64,000 nt of DNA from a virus, in IMG/VR virus record IMGVR_UViG_3300009103_000015, positions 13,877 to 77,876 of that record; one strand, 5' to 3'. A program made the position numbers and the translations under genes. Each line of letters opens with the position of its first letter. Positions within the stretch are counted from its first letter, which is position 1. Positions 62,516 through 64,000 of the stretch are shown piece by piece. The notes under the pieces are model-generated. The model saw only the letters and a program-made list of their open reading frames with translations. It made no database searches and was not told the DNA's origin.

Positions 62516-62926
62516 ATGAAATTAGCAATCGTAGGAATAAACGGTAGAAATCTAGATAAGATAGATAAACTGAAAGCCATGAAGGTAATTAGCACAATTT
62601 ACAACGATAAGGTAAAAGAGAACAAAGATCCAATTTTACTAAGTTTTAACAATCCTAGAGGTGGAATCTCTGCTCTAGTTGACGTATTCTCATTAGAGTT
62701 CAAAGCAGAAAATAAGCAGTATGATTTAGGAGAATCTATGAAAGAATGGAAAGAAGCACAGAAGAAGATAGCAGAAGATTGTGATCAATTATACTGTCTA
62801 ACAACAGCAGTAAAAGACAAACCATGTTATCATTGTTTAACATTGGATCATGAGAGAAATGGTGGGTGTTATGCTAAGAAAGAAGCACAAAGATTAGGTA
62901 AGAAAGTAAAGTTGATAATACTATGA
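62516..62926 (+). CDS. SLOG/DprA-like (YspA-related) protein
   Basis: KLAIVG..R, PRGGI, IAEDCDQL, GGCY...AQRLGKKV. Confidence 0.5.
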   Translation: MKLAIVGINGRNLDKIDKLKAMKVISTIYNDKVKENKDPILLSFNNPRGGISALVDVFSLEFKAENKQYDLGESMKEWKEAQKKIAEDCDQLYCLTTAVKDKPCYHCLTLDHERNGGCYAKKEAQRLGKKVKLIIL

Positions 62927-63120
62927 GCTGGTTTAGTAATGAACCTAGAAACCCACCTAGAAAGAAGATTAACTGTGTCACGTGTGGTAAATCATTCAAT
63001 ACTCCAATAAAGAGTGACGGAACTATACGAATAATACATTGTGAACAGTGTAGAAAGAGAATAAGCAAGGGTCTAGGCTAAATTATACTTTAATACAATC
63101 ACATACAGATACTCATTAGA

Positions 63121-63258
63121 GTGTCAGAGATTACTAACGGTGTTAATGGGAAATCTAGCTCATTAAACAAATTTTATTGCTACTATCTACCTTACAAGTA
63201 GATAGTATGCTTATTTTTTTTGAAGGTTAACCCTCAAAACCATGCTCAACTATTGAGC
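63121..63258 (+). ncRNA. Candidate structured small RNA / hairpin cluster
   Basis: Stems 63143-50/63159-66, 63181-90/63198-207, T-tract 63214-21, stem 63244-49/63253-58. Confidence 0.35.
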
Positions 63259-63296
63259 TTTAATATATTTATAAACTAAAAACACTCAAGAACTCT

Positions 63297-64000
63297 ATGG
63301 ATAAAGCCAAAGAGGATTACGAAAGAATAATTGCAAAATTTGATTCAGAGGTTTCTAGAGCATTAGAAAGCCCACATGATGATTTTGATGAGAATGGCGA
63401 TGATGATTCAGAAGATATAGAAAAGAATTTCAAACCAGCACAACCTGAACCAGAACATTCTGCAACAGTAGATATGCAAGGTCCAGTCGCTAGAGATTCA
63501 TACAAACAAGATGAAATTGTAGATAAGAATCCAATGTATTCTTACGATGGTAAAAAAAGAGAAGGAGTTTATGATGCTAACAAAGATAGAAAAGGAAGCA
63601 ATGAAACAGTTTACAGATCAAGATCAGGATTAATTAACGGAACTGAAACCTATGAAACAGTAGATGTAGATTTCAGTGAAACAGATTCAGCAGTAGAATT
63701 TACTTGTAATTGTGGTGTTCGTGTCACAGAAGCAAATCTACCAAAACACATGGAAGAAGCACATGGTAGTAAATTAACAGAAGCAAGATACAAGACTTAC
63801 AAAACTCAAAACAATATTGGAATTAACGAATCAGATGCTAACGTAAATGATATTGGCTTAGGTAAGAAAACCAGAGCTGGAGAATCATTAGCAAAAGAAG
63901 ATATTCATTTTGGAATAAGCGATTACACTTCAGGTGGTAGTCCATCAGAACAACAAGATGCATTCAATAGTGCATTTGGTGTAAGCACTCCAGAAGAAGA
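63297..64000 (+). CDS. Acidic protein with C2H2-like finger, 3' truncated; possible internal head protein
   Basis: Open from ATG 63297 to the window end (MDKAKEDYER...CNCG...HMEEAH); TTTATAAA 21 nt upstream. Confidence 0.7.
   Translation, partial: MDKAKEDYERIIAKFDSEVSRALESPHDDFDENGDDDSEDIEKNFKPAQPEPEHSATVDMQGPVARDSYKQDEIVDKNPMYSYDGKKREGVYDANKDRKGSNETVYRSRSGLINGTETYETVDVDFSETDSAVEFTCNCGVRVTEANLPKHMEEAHGSKLTEARYKTYKTQNNIGINESDANVNDIGLGKKTRAGESLAKEDIHFGISDYTSGGSPSEQQDAFNSAFGVSTPEE

Larger units (their letters stand above)
1..64000 (+). mobile_element. Segment of a tailed archaeal virus genome (Caudoviricetes), probable Nitrososphaerota host
   Basis: TerS/TerL, portal, protease-MCP, neck and tail genes; archaeal RadA; dense unidirectional coding; archaeal TATA and oligo-T signals; no host housekeeping block. 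Confidence 0.88.

Noticed and set aside
1-64000. tRNA genes, amoC, integrase, DNA methyltransferase, stop-codon reassignment
   Set aside because: No recognisable motifs by eye; genes are intact in the standard code and end in TAA, TAG and TGA. A tRNAscan/HMM run is needed to exclude them formally

Overview
A 64-kb segment of an AT-rich tailed dsDNA virus (Caudoviricetes, HK97-type capsid), almost entirely coded on the + strand, that most likely infects an ammonia-oxidising archaeon (Nitrososphaerota/Thaumarchaeota). Host evidence: archaeal-type RadA, two copies of a thaumarchaeal-type small Cys-rich protein, TATA boxes ~21-30 nt before leaderless ATGs, oligo-T terminators. Order: TerS/TerL; small accessory ORFs; membrane proteins plus a matrixin protease (candidate lysis module); fibre-like virion genes including a 3326-aa repeat protein; portal; protease-scaffold-MCP fusion; neck/tail genes with an unusually short tape-measure-position gene; RHH/RadA/nuclease region; a repeat-rich regulatory region before a MoxR AAA+/vWA operon; many small ORFs (uS3-like KH domain, kinase, Cas4-like nuclease, SLOG). 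No DNA polymerase, helicase, integrase, tRNA or CRISPR was seen. The strongest unexplained signal is genome-wide: I found no Ala-Ala or Pro-Gly dipeptide in any predicted protein (these force GCNGC and CCNGG), and GTAC/GTWAC appear to be avoided by synonymous codon choice. All calls come from reading motifs by eye; no searches were run.
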